DNA of 64,000 nt from Poseidonia sp. (GCF_029250625.1 NZ_JAQXEX010000080.1), one strand, 5' to 3'. Positions 18,201 through 27,042 are shown, counted from the first letter of the stretch. Numbers and translations: made by a program. Notes: generated by a model not told the origin, from the sequence alone.

Positions 18201-19698
18201 CTCCGGTGAATACACCTTCGAAGTTTGGGCATCAGATAGCGACTTTTGTATTGATGTAGCCATCACACCGGAAGACGGTGGAGTTTGTGTTATAGAGACT
18301 CGAGTTTTGACCATCATCAACGAAAACACTCCACCTCAGTTGCAACTCACTTGGATTGGTTCTCCCGACCAAATGACCGGTGGCGTTGACCAAGGAACAG
18401 TACGTGCATCAGATGAAACAACAATCGTTGGCGTTGCTCGGGACATCGGTGGACAAGTAACCCGTGTGGAAATCGATATTGTGGACCTCGGTACCAGTAT
18501 TACTCTCAACAATGGCCCCCTTCCAGTGACCTCCTTCAACCCCGATGGTTCTTGGGTGGCTGTTTGGGACACTTCAAAACTTGACCATGATGGTGTCTAT
18601 GAAGTCACTGTGCGAGCATACGACGGTGAGGATTACTCAGCGGACACTGTTTGGCGTATGACCATTAACAATCCAATTAACGCCGACAATTTGGACCCCG
18701 TCTTCAACGAGACCGGTTGGATTGGAAGTGTGACCATTTTCTGTGATTCGCAGTCAAATTCCTTTGACCGATGTGGTGGTGGTGCTTCGATTGACCTCAC
18801 GCAATTTTTCAGCGACCCTGATGGAGTTGGAGAGGCAAGCGATGCGCTGGCCTTCTTCGTCTACAACGATGAAAGTACTCTTGAAGATGACGACTATTCA
18901 CAATACGTCCGAATTACAGCAGATGGAAAAGCAATCTATGACCCGATGGACTCGATTGCACAGGTGACCAGCTCCATCCCAGAGTGGTCACTCAATGGAG
19001 TGATGTTTTATGCAGAGGATGACCAAGAGTCCAAGGTGTATTCACTCAAGGTAAATTTCCTCGTTCGAGCAGTTGCTTTTAGCGCTGAACGTGTTGACAG
19101 CGGACCGATTACCCCGGATGACCCAGCATCCTTCCAAGGCGAAGGACTGCCAGGTAGCACGGTCAACATCCGGTTCGCAAATGGAAATGCAAAGCTCAAC
19201 TCAACCCGGGTTCTTTCTGATGGAACATGGTCCATGGATTTGACCAACAGTCAACTCAGCACTGAAGGGAATGAAGCGATCATCTTCGAAATGGACGGTC
19301 AGGTTTTCAAATTTGCAGGTCAAACAGAGAATGGAGAGTTCAGCATTGTCGTCTCAAGCGGAAATGATGAAGATTCTTCGTTATTGACCATCATCCTAGT
19401 CATTGGTGGGATTATTGTTCTCCTCGGTGTTGGAGCGTTCTTCTTCGTTGAATTTGAAGAGATTCCGGATGTCTCTGAAGAAGACGATGAAAACCTTGCT
19501 GCTGCAGAAGACCCCTATGCTTGGGCCAAAACCAAGAAGGCGGTAGAGCTCCCCCAACAGGAAGTGACGCCTCAGGCGGTAGAACCGACGCCCCAAGCTG
19601 AAGTTGCACCTGCGGAAACATCCCAACATCCAGGCTGGATTTGGGACGAAGGAACAAACCAGTGGGCCCCTGACCCTGACTATGCTCCCGATCAGTGA
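15280..19698 (+). CDS. giant right-handed beta-helix surface protein with C-proximal TM anchor and Pro/acidic cytoplasmic tail
   Basis: ATG at 15280 gives the signal peptide MSQNLKAKSFSIVTLFLLSALLGLVALPEASA. Repeated beta-helix-like turns (NNNILTTTEGAGLTAYEGANVYAEGNTISGA, NTIGPIGGYNGLWIYG, NNTISGNTGDIIRATGS). Cys-bracketed Asp-rich metal-binding-like motif CADGIDNDGDTLIDDDDADC (17431-17490). TM is LLTIILVIGGIIVLLGVGAFFFV. Confidence 0.8.
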   Translation: MSQNLKAKSFSIVTLFLLSALLGLVALPEASAVNETTKGTVTGVETWSGTMTLQGDVEVAEGAKLIVNAGTTVNIPYGKFIDVRGAICIGDSACGASAGSSSSQARFIWTKPTAQGYTETGRCLSNQSQLLNNPDAACGSGMIIRDTIDQSLTSINYAHFENGYGYPTVVGVGSQTQSIKYGVLVFDGSSTTARGLSFKDTNTSNVLAVDFAAPTITESEFSNGIDEQTFKASAVRAYGAGAGILSTFTLESSVFTGDDADCGNQGGGLSVLVVEESYVDMDDLEIKDSSYGVLMVRSSGSLTNSEITVKCNAVDTTSLKTTGTIKHRLLVNNNILTTTEGAGLTAYEGANVYAEGNTISGASESSGVGISSSKIEMHGNTIGPIGGYNGLWIYGMDSDVIAENNTIKETTKEAVNIGEYHHEDFGQSKDYGAKRLYFANNNIQNNSGTCESVIYGGEFACPAIHVFMASATIIDNTISGNTGDIIRATGSIVNVQGNTGDSAFGFAGNISVHDDPTTNMKYGSIAYFSDNTWTGVSQVYNVTESRMTVQSEQIPSPGNGELYPISLSWMNAECPYVQNECLTLSDASTMPPAQMPLAVELVDNATVFSYADLQNFDSSMIHVQNQNTAWGSQVREGELVRYQVKAKNSNVAGATVIIKDATGLPLYELTTDAFGFTQQVSLPSDFLLDRNWNHKVGDKNAIIPGSGNPPITMDEDSCADGIDNDGDTLIDDDDADCINGREMPFYTVEAFKFGSGTKDFSYVLSGPIDDVINLDNLRPSVSVTQQDGVSFATSVEITGQAWDGVKWPYANDNTASQKQFGMITAVEVQPPGTNDWYSAVDTSGANGMITMENHPFKDWSFVWDMSAHAGGEGDVTFRVRSYDGLDYSPVSVRQYKLNLVPPTIVVDVPNTGSTHTNGKVLFQGTAADPYAGTYGSDVQKIWFHITSPENDYTSHYFEEGSTSWSHEWDFSELPSGEYTFEVWASDSDFCIDVAITPEDGGVCVIETRVLTIINENTPPQLQLTWIGSPDQMTGGVDQGTVRASDETTIVGVARDIGGQVTRVEIDIVDLGTSITLNNGPLPVTSFNPDGSWVAVWDTSKLDHDGVYEVTVRAYDGEDYSADTVWRMTINNPINADNLDPVFNETGWIGSVTIFCDSQSNSFDRCGGGASIDLTQFFSDPDGVGEASDALAFFVYNDESTLEDDDYSQYVRITADGKAIYDPMDSIAQVTSSIPEWSLNGVMFYAEDDQESKVYSLKVNFLVRAVAFSAERVDSGPITPDDPASFQGEGLPGSTVNIRFANGNAKLNSTRVLSDGTWSMDLTNSQLSTEGNEAIIFEMDGQVFKFAGQTENGEFSIVVSSGNDEDSSLLTIILVIGGIIVLLGVGAFFFVEFEEIPDVSEEDDENLAAAEDPYAWAKTKKAVELPQQEVTPQAVEPTPQAEVAPAETSQHPGWIWDEGTNQWAPDPDYAPDQ

Positions 19699-19720
19699 GT
19701 ATTGAACCGAGTTGAATCCG

Positions 19721-22246
19721 ATGCCGCCGCAACCTAAGCCAGGCGTACAAGAGAGAATTCTCTTGCACCTTCTCGACTATTCGGACTTCAAAAGCAGCAT
19801 AGAGGTCCCTTTTGCTCTGTCGCAGATGGGAATAGCCAACGCCGTTGCAATTGCGAGGTCAAATGTACCTCGTGCGATTTCTGGATTAAAAGATCAAGGG
19901 ATTTTGGTAGAACGGCAAGCCCACGTTAGGGGAGTTTCTCGGAAGAGGAAAGCATATTTCCTTACCGACAGCGGTATCATCATGGCTTCAGAAACTTGGA
20001 CGCGACTGTCGGAATTCCCACTTCGCTGTATCTTAGACGAAGGGCAACCAGTGGACACGACCCTTGGTGGAGTGAAATCGGTTTTACCCTTTGAAATGCG
20101 CCCTGTTGACGTAATTCGATACATGGACGAGAACGGTAGCCTTGATGCTCGCTCATTGTCCCAAGATTTGATTGAGCGTGACCTTTCCAAACATGTGGAA
20201 AAGCAGCTGGTGACCTCACTGGCTGATTTGCCTCGGCTTCGACACTTTTACGGAAGGACAACTGAACTGGATAACATGGGCAATTTGATTGAGGCCCGAG
20301 CCACAACTCTTCTGGTACCCGGGATTGCCGGCATCGGGAAAACAACCGTTGCCTCAAAGTTGATTGAGAGGTTCATGCATCGCCGTAACCTTCTCTATCA
20401 TCGCTGCCAGGATTGGGAAGGTTCCCGTTCCTTCTTTGAGTCAATTGCTGATTGGTTGGCCAGCATGGGCAATTCGGAATTTGCGAGTTATCTTGCAGCG
20501 ACACCAATTCCCCAACCTGCTGATGCTGCCCGTTTACTCATTGAGGCGCTTGAAGGTTCACCTTCGCTCATCGTTATCGATGATTTTCACAAGGTTTCAG
20601 ATTTGGTCCTTCATCAGACGTTCCAAGCCATGTCCCTTGCGCTACTCGGCAGTGAAGAAAAGATTGGCTTAGTCATCTTTTCGCGTTCATTTAAGCCGGT
20701 AGTTCCAACAAAAGATGCTGAAGGTAGGATTGCAAGTTTAGTTCTTCCACTTGACGGTCTTGATCCTGATTCAGGGCGAAAGTTGCTCAGCAGTTTTTCA
20801 AATCTTGAAGATGAGCAATGGCTACACATTCACGGTCTCTCACGAGGCCACCCTCTTGTGCTTGAACTCATCAACAGAGGTGCCTCCGCAGGGGCGTTTC
20901 ACGAAACCTTGGAACATTACGTCACCGTAGAGATTTTTTCCAAATTAAGTGCCGAACAAAAGCGTGTGCTTTCTGCACTATCCATTTACCGAGAACCGAT
21001 GGTGCTTGAGGCGCTGGCCATGCAGCAGTTGGACACTGATGAACTGGATAATTTGGTGGAATCAGGATTGGCTCGTCAGGCGGATTCGACCAGCTATGAC
21101 GTTCACGATTTGATTCGTGAATTTTTGTTGCGAAGTCTTTCACCCGCACTCAAAGAAGAATTCCACGCTAAATGCATGGAGTGGTATGAGAAACAACCTC
21201 AATCCAATGAAGTAGCGATCGAACTCATTTATCATTCAATCCAGTCCAATCAATTTGAAACGGCCTCTGAAATCATCATGGATAAGGGGCGTCATCTCGT
21301 TTCCCAAGGTCACATGGAGTTGCTGGGGCTTTTGGAGCGAATTGAAACAAAAGACTTGGAGCCAAGTACCGTAGTTTTGCTCGGTCAATTACAGGGCGAT
21401 ATCCTGGCGCTTTTGGGTCGTTTGGCTCAAGCGGAAGAAGTCCTCAACAAGGCGCTTGAAGGAGCGAAAGCCGCTAACAACCCTTCGATTGAAGCCGAAA
21501 TCCTCTCATCACTTGCAGACGTCAGTCGAAAGCAAGGCAACAGTGATGTTGCCCTTGCTCGCCATAAGCAAGCACTCAAGCACTACATCAGCCAAAGCAA
21601 CGCCGTATGGGCTGCTCGTACCTACAACAACATTGGATATCTTCTTCGACGGAAGAACGACCTCAACAAGGCCCTAGAAGCCTACGGAGAGGTTGAAACG
21701 ATTTTAAGTCAGTCCAAAGGCAATGAACTGCTGAGCAGTCAAATCACGCTTGCCCGGGCTCTAATTGACCTTGGGGAAGTTCAACGTGCACGTGAGCATG
21801 CAATTGATGCGCATGAAGCAACCGAAGCCATGGGTGATGCTGCCCTCCATGCACGTGCTCAAGCGGTTCTCGGACGCTACTACTCAAGGGTAGAACAATC
21901 CGAACTTGCTATGTTCCATTACTCTGCTGCTTTGGAGGCGATGAACGAAGCCGGCGACCTTCAGGCGCTGGTCGAGATTACCATTCTTCTCGGTGAAGTG
22001 CTCCATGATGCAGGACGAATCGAAGATGCTATGGAGCATTATCGTGAGGCACTCGTCATTGCTGAAGCAAATGACTTGCGCATGCAAATTGGAGAACTTC
22101 TCACCCGTCTCGGCGGAGCAGCCCCGGACCGACAAGGACGTATGGAATACCTCCAGCGGGCTCTATCAGTGTTCCGTGAATTGGGGGCACGCTCTCGTAT
22201 GAAGGAAGTGCAGATGATGGTACATCGTGCGGTTATGGGTCGATGA
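19721..22246 (+). CDS. wHTH + P-loop (STAND/archaeal-ATPase-like) + TPR regulator
   Basis: N-terminal winged-helix-like segment (LSQMGIANAVAIARSNVPRAISGLKDQGILVERQ). Walker A GIAGIGKTT (20321-20347) and Walker B-like LIVIDDFHK. The C-terminal ~350 aa are TPR-like repeats (WAARTYNNIGYLLRRKNDLNKALEAY...). ATG at 19721, 22 nt after the upstream stop. Confidence 0.8.
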   Translation: MPPQPKPGVQERILLHLLDYSDFKSSIEVPFALSQMGIANAVAIARSNVPRAISGLKDQGILVERQAHVRGVSRKRKAYFLTDSGIIMASETWTRLSEFPLRCILDEGQPVDTTLGGVKSVLPFEMRPVDVIRYMDENGSLDARSLSQDLIERDLSKHVEKQLVTSLADLPRLRHFYGRTTELDNMGNLIEARATTLLVPGIAGIGKTTVASKLIERFMHRRNLLYHRCQDWEGSRSFFESIADWLASMGNSEFASYLAATPIPQPADAARLLIEALEGSPSLIVIDDFHKVSDLVLHQTFQAMSLALLGSEEKIGLVIFSRSFKPVVPTKDAEGRIASLVLPLDGLDPDSGRKLLSSFSNLEDEQWLHIHGLSRGHPLVLELINRGASAGAFHETLEHYVTVEIFSKLSAEQKRVLSALSIYREPMVLEALAMQQLDTDELDNLVESGLARQADSTSYDVHDLIREFLLRSLSPALKEEFHAKCMEWYEKQPQSNEVAIELIYHSIQSNQFETASEIIMDKGRHLVSQGHMELLGLLERIETKDLEPSTVVLLGQLQGDILALLGRLAQAEEVLNKALEGAKAANNPSIEAEILSSLADVSRKQGNSDVALARHKQALKHYISQSNAVWAARTYNNIGYLLRRKNDLNKALEAYGEVETILSQSKGNELLSSQITLARALIDLGEVQRAREHAIDAHEATEAMGDAALHARAQAVLGRYYSRVEQSELAMFHYSAALEAMNEAGDLQALVEITILLGEVLHDAGRIEDAMEHYREALVIAEANDLRMQIGELLTRLGGAAPDRQGRMEYLQRALSVFRELGARSRMKEVQMMVHRAVMGR

Positions 22247-22723
22247 TCACTGAACTGCTTGCGGACGATCCAGTGTGACTTTAGTGGTCCCGTTTTCATG
22301 AACCACCCATACCAGTTGGGCCCCAGCAAGTGGGATTTCTCCGCTATGTTCTCCACTGCCTGTTCCCGATAACGACACGGTCATGTCAAGAGGTCCACCC
22401 TTGTCAATTAATTTCAGTGAAGTGTCGCTTAGACGTAGCCAAAACATCGATTCGTCTGCTTCTGATGGCCTCCATGCGACCGATTCTGCATAGCTAACAT
22501 TCCCAATTCGGCTCGCCTCATCTGCCCGTTCTACTGCGGCGGCGAGGTCGTTTAGATTCGCTTCTACGGCTTCTTCATTCCATCGAAGCCGGGTATTTGT
22601 TTCAATATCCCAAGCCCATACGCTGAAAATTGTCATCAACAATACACCGAGGAGGAACGTGAACACGTATCCAAGTTCGGTCGCAGCGGCATGGGTGTCT
22701 CGTGATAATCGGACTTGTCTCAT
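22247..22723 (-). CDS. small archaeal pilin-like protein (N-terminal hydrophobic class III-like signal)
   Basis: N-terminus MRQVRLSRDTHAAATELGYVFTFLLGVLLMTIFSVWAW, a charged lead plus one hydrophobic helix. Its ATG overlaps the upstream stop (ATGA at 22720-22723). It is the weakest pilin call of the trio. Confidence 0.5.
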   Translation of the reverse strand: MRQVRLSRDTHAAATELGYVFTFLLGVLLMTIFSVWAWDIETNTRLRWNEEAVEANLNDLAAAVERADEASRIGNVSYAESVAWRPSEADESMFWLRLSDTSLKLIDKGGPLDMTVSLSGTGSGEHSGEIPLAGAQLVWVVHENGTTKVTLDRPQAVQ

Positions 22724-24954
22724 GTCAGTGCCTCCCGAGTGGTAACGTCAAGTGCTGAAAGTTGGAGTGTAAATTCAATGGCTTGGCCATTGGTGTGCCA
22801 TACCGCTTCTGATGTGCCATAACTTGGGTCAGGTACCCATCCGACGTAATCAGTCAAGAGGTCCAATTGTCCAGGATATACGGTCCAATCTTCACTGGCT
22901 TCAAGTCCGATTCCAGCACTGTCTGCAATCGCTGCACCGTAGGGTTCTGACCAGCCTCGCCTCACTTCATATGCCGGTGTTGATGCGAGAGAAATACGAT
23001 GGACGAGTTCAATGTCAAGTTCCAGTATGCCTGCTCCTGAAGCACTGTCTGCAGTGGGGTGGAGGGACGGTATAGTCGCTGCAAAGCGAGGGCCTGGCCC
23101 ACCACGGTCGGATGGGGGGACCACCACGTAGGGTTGGAATTCGGGGTGATTGGTCACCACAGCACCTCCGCTGAATGCAACTTCCATTCCAGTAATTGAA
23201 GATTGGAACTGATAGGCAAGTCGTGAAAGGTGGAACGCCCAAACGGTGCCGATGGTAGCGTGGGTTGATGTTCCGTCGCTGCCCAACACCTCTATGGCTA
23301 CACTTGAGGGATGGCGGCCATCTCTCCAAGCCTGTTGAATGTCAATTTCTCCACGCCCTCCCATCCGTTCCCACGGAAGTTCAGTCGTAATCCATCCACT
23401 GGCTTGGGTTGCTATTTGGGTGCAACGCTGTTCACCGTCGTGCGGGAGATGATAGAGCCCGTTTTCACCGCTGAATCGGGTGATTCGAATCGGGTGATCT
23501 TTCTCTACGGCAACATTGGTTGTCCCCTCGTTAAGGGTCAATTCGTACCGGTTATTGTCGTTCAAAAATACCCCTGTTTGGTTTGCAGCTCCACTGGCAT
23601 TCCATGTGGATGTATATCCTGCAAGGACAATGTTTAGATGTTCACTCACCGTATTATCCGTGTTGTAATAGGAAAACGATGCGCCTGAAATTGAACCTGT
23701 GTCATCTGCTGGGACCATGGTGATTCCCGGGACAGCGTCAGTAATGCTCGCCGTTCCCGATGCCGCCCACGTGACGAAAAAATCTCCGTCAGCATCGAGT
23801 GTGGGTGCCCCAAGAATTTGTTCAGGAGGCCAAGCTACATGTTCAATGGAATTGGGTTGCACAGAAATCCCTCCTCCTCTCCAAGTAACCGTGACGATCG
23901 AATCTCCCGGATTGGTAAGTCGAAGTGTTCCTTCAAGGTTCGGTGGTGTGAATGAATGGCCGAGGTATGCTCCAGTGGTTGCTGGCCACGATGTAATGCC
24001 TGTTGTATTGGCGGGTTCGGATTGATACATCATTCTTGAAGCAGCACTTGTTGTGATTTGTACAACTTGGGCGCCACTGAGATTGAATTCATGGGTAAAT
24101 GAGACCGCTGTTCGGGACATGTCACTGGGCTGGGCGTAGAACAATTCTGTCCCGTTGGAAGTGGTGATCTGAATTTGATTGGCTTTATCGCTTAACAGTT
24201 GAATCTTCGCTAATCCCGATTCCATGGGAATTGCCCATGAGTGGCCTCGTTTGTCGGAAGGTTCGCTGTCAGTTGGCTCAAGATAGGTCGTCCCACCGGT
24301 ACCGATTTGGGCGAGAACCACAAGTTCATGACTGGATGAAACGGTGACGGTGCCGAGCGTTGACAAATCAAATGATTTCAAGTCATCAACACGAAGGTCC
24401 AATGTTGATATTTCGTCTCCAGATGAACTGAGCGTGACATCGACAGGACCCAAAGGCATGGCCAGCCCTGGAGCCACGGAGACGAGTGCCCGGTCGACTT
24501 GGGCATCAACGGTGTAGAAATAATGGCGGTCTGGCCCTTGTCGCAGGTCAGAAATGCACACTGAGGAAATGAAGGTCTCGGGATGACGTATTTCCAGTGA
24601 GTCGTCAAAGTCAAGAGCACCTCTTGCTCGAAGACTCATGTCCTCCTGCCATGTCGCAGAGTACCACATTCCACCTCGTAACGAGTCCCAAACGAGGTTT
24701 CCGTCAACAGGAACAAGGGTGGATTGCGTGGAATCTCCGGGCATACCTCGCTCGCTGAGTTCCGAGGTTTCATGAGCGAGAAGGGTCATTTGGGCAGACA
24801 TATCGTGGCGTTCAACAGAACCTTCCAATTCCTCAATAACTGGCATCAAGGACACCATCATCAAACCGATGATGGACAATACACCACCGAACAAGAGAAC
24901 CGTGGCGACTGCTGCGGAAACTGCCTCTTCATCACGCTGCAGATTGTGTTTCAT
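22720..24954 (-). CDS. large archaeal type IV pilin-like protein (744 aa)
   Basis: N-terminus MKHNLQRDEEAVSAAVATVLLFGGVLSIIGLMMVSL resembles the DUF1628/archaeal pilin signal ([DE]-x-A-V-S then a hydrophobic helix). The remainder is Thr/Ser/Gly-rich and beta-like. ATGA overlap with the upstream gene at 24951-24954. Confidence 0.65.
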   Translation of the reverse strand: MKHNLQRDEEAVSAAVATVLLFGGVLSIIGLMMVSLMPVIEELEGSVERHDMSAQMTLLAHETSELSERGMPGDSTQSTLVPVDGNLVWDSLRGGMWYSATWQEDMSLRARGALDFDDSLEIRHPETFISSVCISDLRQGPDRHYFYTVDAQVDRALVSVAPGLAMPLGPVDVTLSSSGDEISTLDLRVDDLKSFDLSTLGTVTVSSSHELVVLAQIGTGGTTYLEPTDSEPSDKRGHSWAIPMESGLAKIQLLSDKANQIQITTSNGTELFYAQPSDMSRTAVSFTHEFNLSGAQVVQITTSAASRMMYQSEPANTTGITSWPATTGAYLGHSFTPPNLEGTLRLTNPGDSIVTVTWRGGGISVQPNSIEHVAWPPEQILGAPTLDADGDFFVTWAASGTASITDAVPGITMVPADDTGSISGASFSYYNTDNTVSEHLNIVLAGYTSTWNASGAANQTGVFLNDNNRYELTLNEGTTNVAVEKDHPIRITRFSGENGLYHLPHDGEQRCTQIATQASGWITTELPWERMGGRGEIDIQQAWRDGRHPSSVAIEVLGSDGTSTHATIGTVWAFHLSRLAYQFQSSITGMEVAFSGGAVVTNHPEFQPYVVVPPSDRGGPGPRFAATIPSLHPTADSASGAGILELDIELVHRISLASTPAYEVRRGWSEPYGAAIADSAGIGLEASEDWTVYPGQLDLLTDYVGWVPDPSYGTSEAVWHTNGQAIEFTLQLSALDVTTREALT

Positions 24955-26024
24955 CTGCTCACCTCCACTCGCTGGTAGTCCACTTCAAAGAACAGGGGCG
25001 ACCCCTGGGAGGCAATGGTAAATCCATCAGAGCCACTCGCTCGTTGATAGGGTGAGAATCCAATGAACGTGTCAAGTGTTCCCGCCGAGCGCTGAATGGT
25101 ATAATCAGACAGCCAAGTCTCGTGGTATTGTGGGGTCACGACATCATGCAAGGCGTTGACGACACTGAAACGAACGTTGTATGCCTCTCCAGTGAACAAG
25201 GTTAACGGGCCAAGCGATACGAATTCCATTCCAATGTTCGTTCCGCTTCCGATTGAGCCTCTTCCCGTCACATCGGTAAGGAGGATGGACAATCGCAGTT
25301 CTTCGTTAGCCATACGGTCGAGTTCAACCAGCGGCATGGCTGTGACGTCCCATGCCCCGTTGGGGAATCGTTCAGCCCGAGCATTGTTCATCATCACAAT
25401 CTCGTGCGTCCCTTGACCAAGTGAGGTGGTGACTTGGATTCCAGATAAGGACGCATACACGGTGCGGTGTAAGGTGTCGCCTTGCTCATCGTATACGGTG
25501 ACGATCATCCAGTGGGGATGCGATGCATTGTGATCGATAAAGACTTCTTGTGAAGTCGTAGGCACTGTCCGTTCAACCGTGATTGATGGATTTTGAATGG
25601 TTATGCTCCTCGCAGATTCATTGGCTGCAGTTACAGCAATGACGGAGTCATTGACTTTGCGAATTTCGATACTTTCTTGAGACGTGAAATCAGCCGAAAT
25701 GGTCCATTCCTCGATGTTCTGAACGGTAAATATGGAGGTGGACTGCATGGCTAATGTGTTTCGGAATCCAGTTCCTTCAGGTGCATTTCCCGCTACTTCG
25801 ACTCGATCTTCGATTCTGTCGGCGATACCTGTTGCCGATTTCCAGTTGGTGTTGTCCTCAAAATCCGAGAGGTAGGGGTTGAGAAAAATCCACACTCCGC
25901 CCATAATGGTGATGACCATTGCGAGGAGCATGACAACCCCCAATACCTCGCTGACCGCTTGCTCTTCGCGACGTAGGCGAGGGGAGCGTAATGCGGCGGC
26001 TTGGCGGTTCACGAATGAGGACAC
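24951..26024 (-). CDS. archaeal type IV pilin-like protein (357 aa)
   Basis: N-terminus ...RLRREEQAVSEVLGVVMLLAMVITIMGGVWIF is a close match to the archaeal class III signal/DUF1628 pattern (..AVSPVIGVILMVAITV..). GTG start at 26024. First gene of the coupled trio. Confidence 0.7.
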   Translation of the reverse strand: MSSFVNRQAAALRSPRLRREEQAVSEVLGVVMLLAMVITIMGGVWIFLNPYLSDFEDNTNWKSATGIADRIEDRVEVAGNAPEGTGFRNTLAMQSTSIFTVQNIEEWTISADFTSQESIEIRKVNDSVIAVTAANESARSITIQNPSITVERTVPTTSQEVFIDHNASHPHWMIVTVYDEQGDTLHRTVYASLSGIQVTTSLGQGTHEIVMMNNARAERFPNGAWDVTAMPLVELDRMANEELRLSILLTDVTGRGSIGSGTNIGMEFVSLGPLTLFTGEAYNVRFSVVNALHDVVTPQYHETWLSDYTIQRSAGTLDTFIGFSPYQRASGSDGFTIASQGSPLFFEVDYQRVEVSR

Positions 26025-26069
26025 GATGAGGTATCATTTAGCCATTGACCTTCTTTTCAGGTCAAACCA

Positions 26070-26891
26070 TCAGTTGGTGGCCGGTTTTTTGACATTCGGG
26101 GTTTCCTCATTATGGCCTTCTTTTCCAACATAATGGGAGAAGTCTGGGCCTGCCTGGAGTGAAATAGTGAGGTCTCCGTTAAACACTTCATCAATGTAGT
26201 ACAGTACCGTTGATTCTGCAATATGAGGCTGGTTGTTTTTTTCACTCAAGTGGGTCAGCGTGATGCTACGGGTAGACTCGGTGCACACTTCTGCCAGAAA
26301 TTGCCCGGTTTGGTCGTTTGATAAGTGGCCGCCACGGCCTGTGATTCGGTCTTTGAGTGAGTAGGGGTAGGGCCCCGATACCAAGCGGTTGTGGTCATAA
26401 TTGGCTTCGATTGAAATGTGCTCACAGCCACGAACATGAGCAACGAGTTCATCGGTCCATGAGCCCAAGTCGGTGATGATTGCAGCACGCTCTCCTGCAT
26501 GACTGGCGACGAAGGCGACATTGTCTGAGCCATCGTGCGGGACTGGCACTGGGAGGACGGCGAGGTCGTCCCCGATGTGGACGATATCCAATGATGAAAA
26601 GAACGTGGTCAATTCGGGCTTAAGTCCGAGTTCAAGTGCGGTTCGTTCGTTCGCTAGAACGCGCAACTCCCATTTATTTTGACACACTACTGCGCCGCCG
26701 CCGTGGTCTCCATGATGATGAGAAATTAACAAACAATCGATATCGGTGGGTTCGAGGTTGAGGCGAGCAAGGCGTTTAGCTAATTGAGTCCCGCTGAAAC
26801 CTTGGTCAACAAGCACCTTCACCTTTGGAGTCTCAAGAAGCGTGGCATTGCCGCGGCTTCCGGTACCAAGGTGAGTGATGGTCATCGGCAT
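26070..26891 (-). CDS. MBL-fold metallo-hydrolase
   Basis: HxHxDH motif in LLISHHHGDHGGG, with later VPHDGSDN and LTHLS motifs. ATG at 26891 (MPMTITHLGTGSRGN...) is preferred to the GTG at 26930. Confidence 0.85.
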   Translation of the reverse strand: MPMTITHLGTGSRGNATLLETPKVKVLVDQGFSGTQLAKRLARLNLEPTDIDCLLISHHHGDHGGGAVVCQNKWELRVLANERTALELGLKPELTTFFSSLDIVHIGDDLAVLPVPVPHDGSDNVAFVASHAGERAAIITDLGSWTDELVAHVRGCEHISIEANYDHNRLVSGPYPYSLKDRITGRGGHLSNDQTGQFLAEVCTESTRSITLTHLSEKNNQPHIAESTVLYYIDEVFNGDLTISLQAGPDFSHYVGKEGHNEETPNVKKPATN

Positions 26892-27042
26892 GTGAACGCT
26901 GTCACCCCTGCGCGGAAGGAACTTGAACACACCGATAATTCATCTTGCAAAATCGCTATTTTTTGGGGATTGCGAGGGGGCGGTAATTGAAATTTGTATG
27001 AACATTGTTCCATCATCCTCATAAGCAATCTTTCCAAGGTGT

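Noticed and set aside
19721-22246. STAND NTPase as an antiviral (Avs-like) defence gene, and the island as a defence island
   Set aside because: The N-terminal domain looks like a DNA-binding winged helix, not a nuclease, protease or TIR-type effector. No restriction, CRISPR, toxin or other defence genes are nearby. I kept it only as a regulatory hypothesis.
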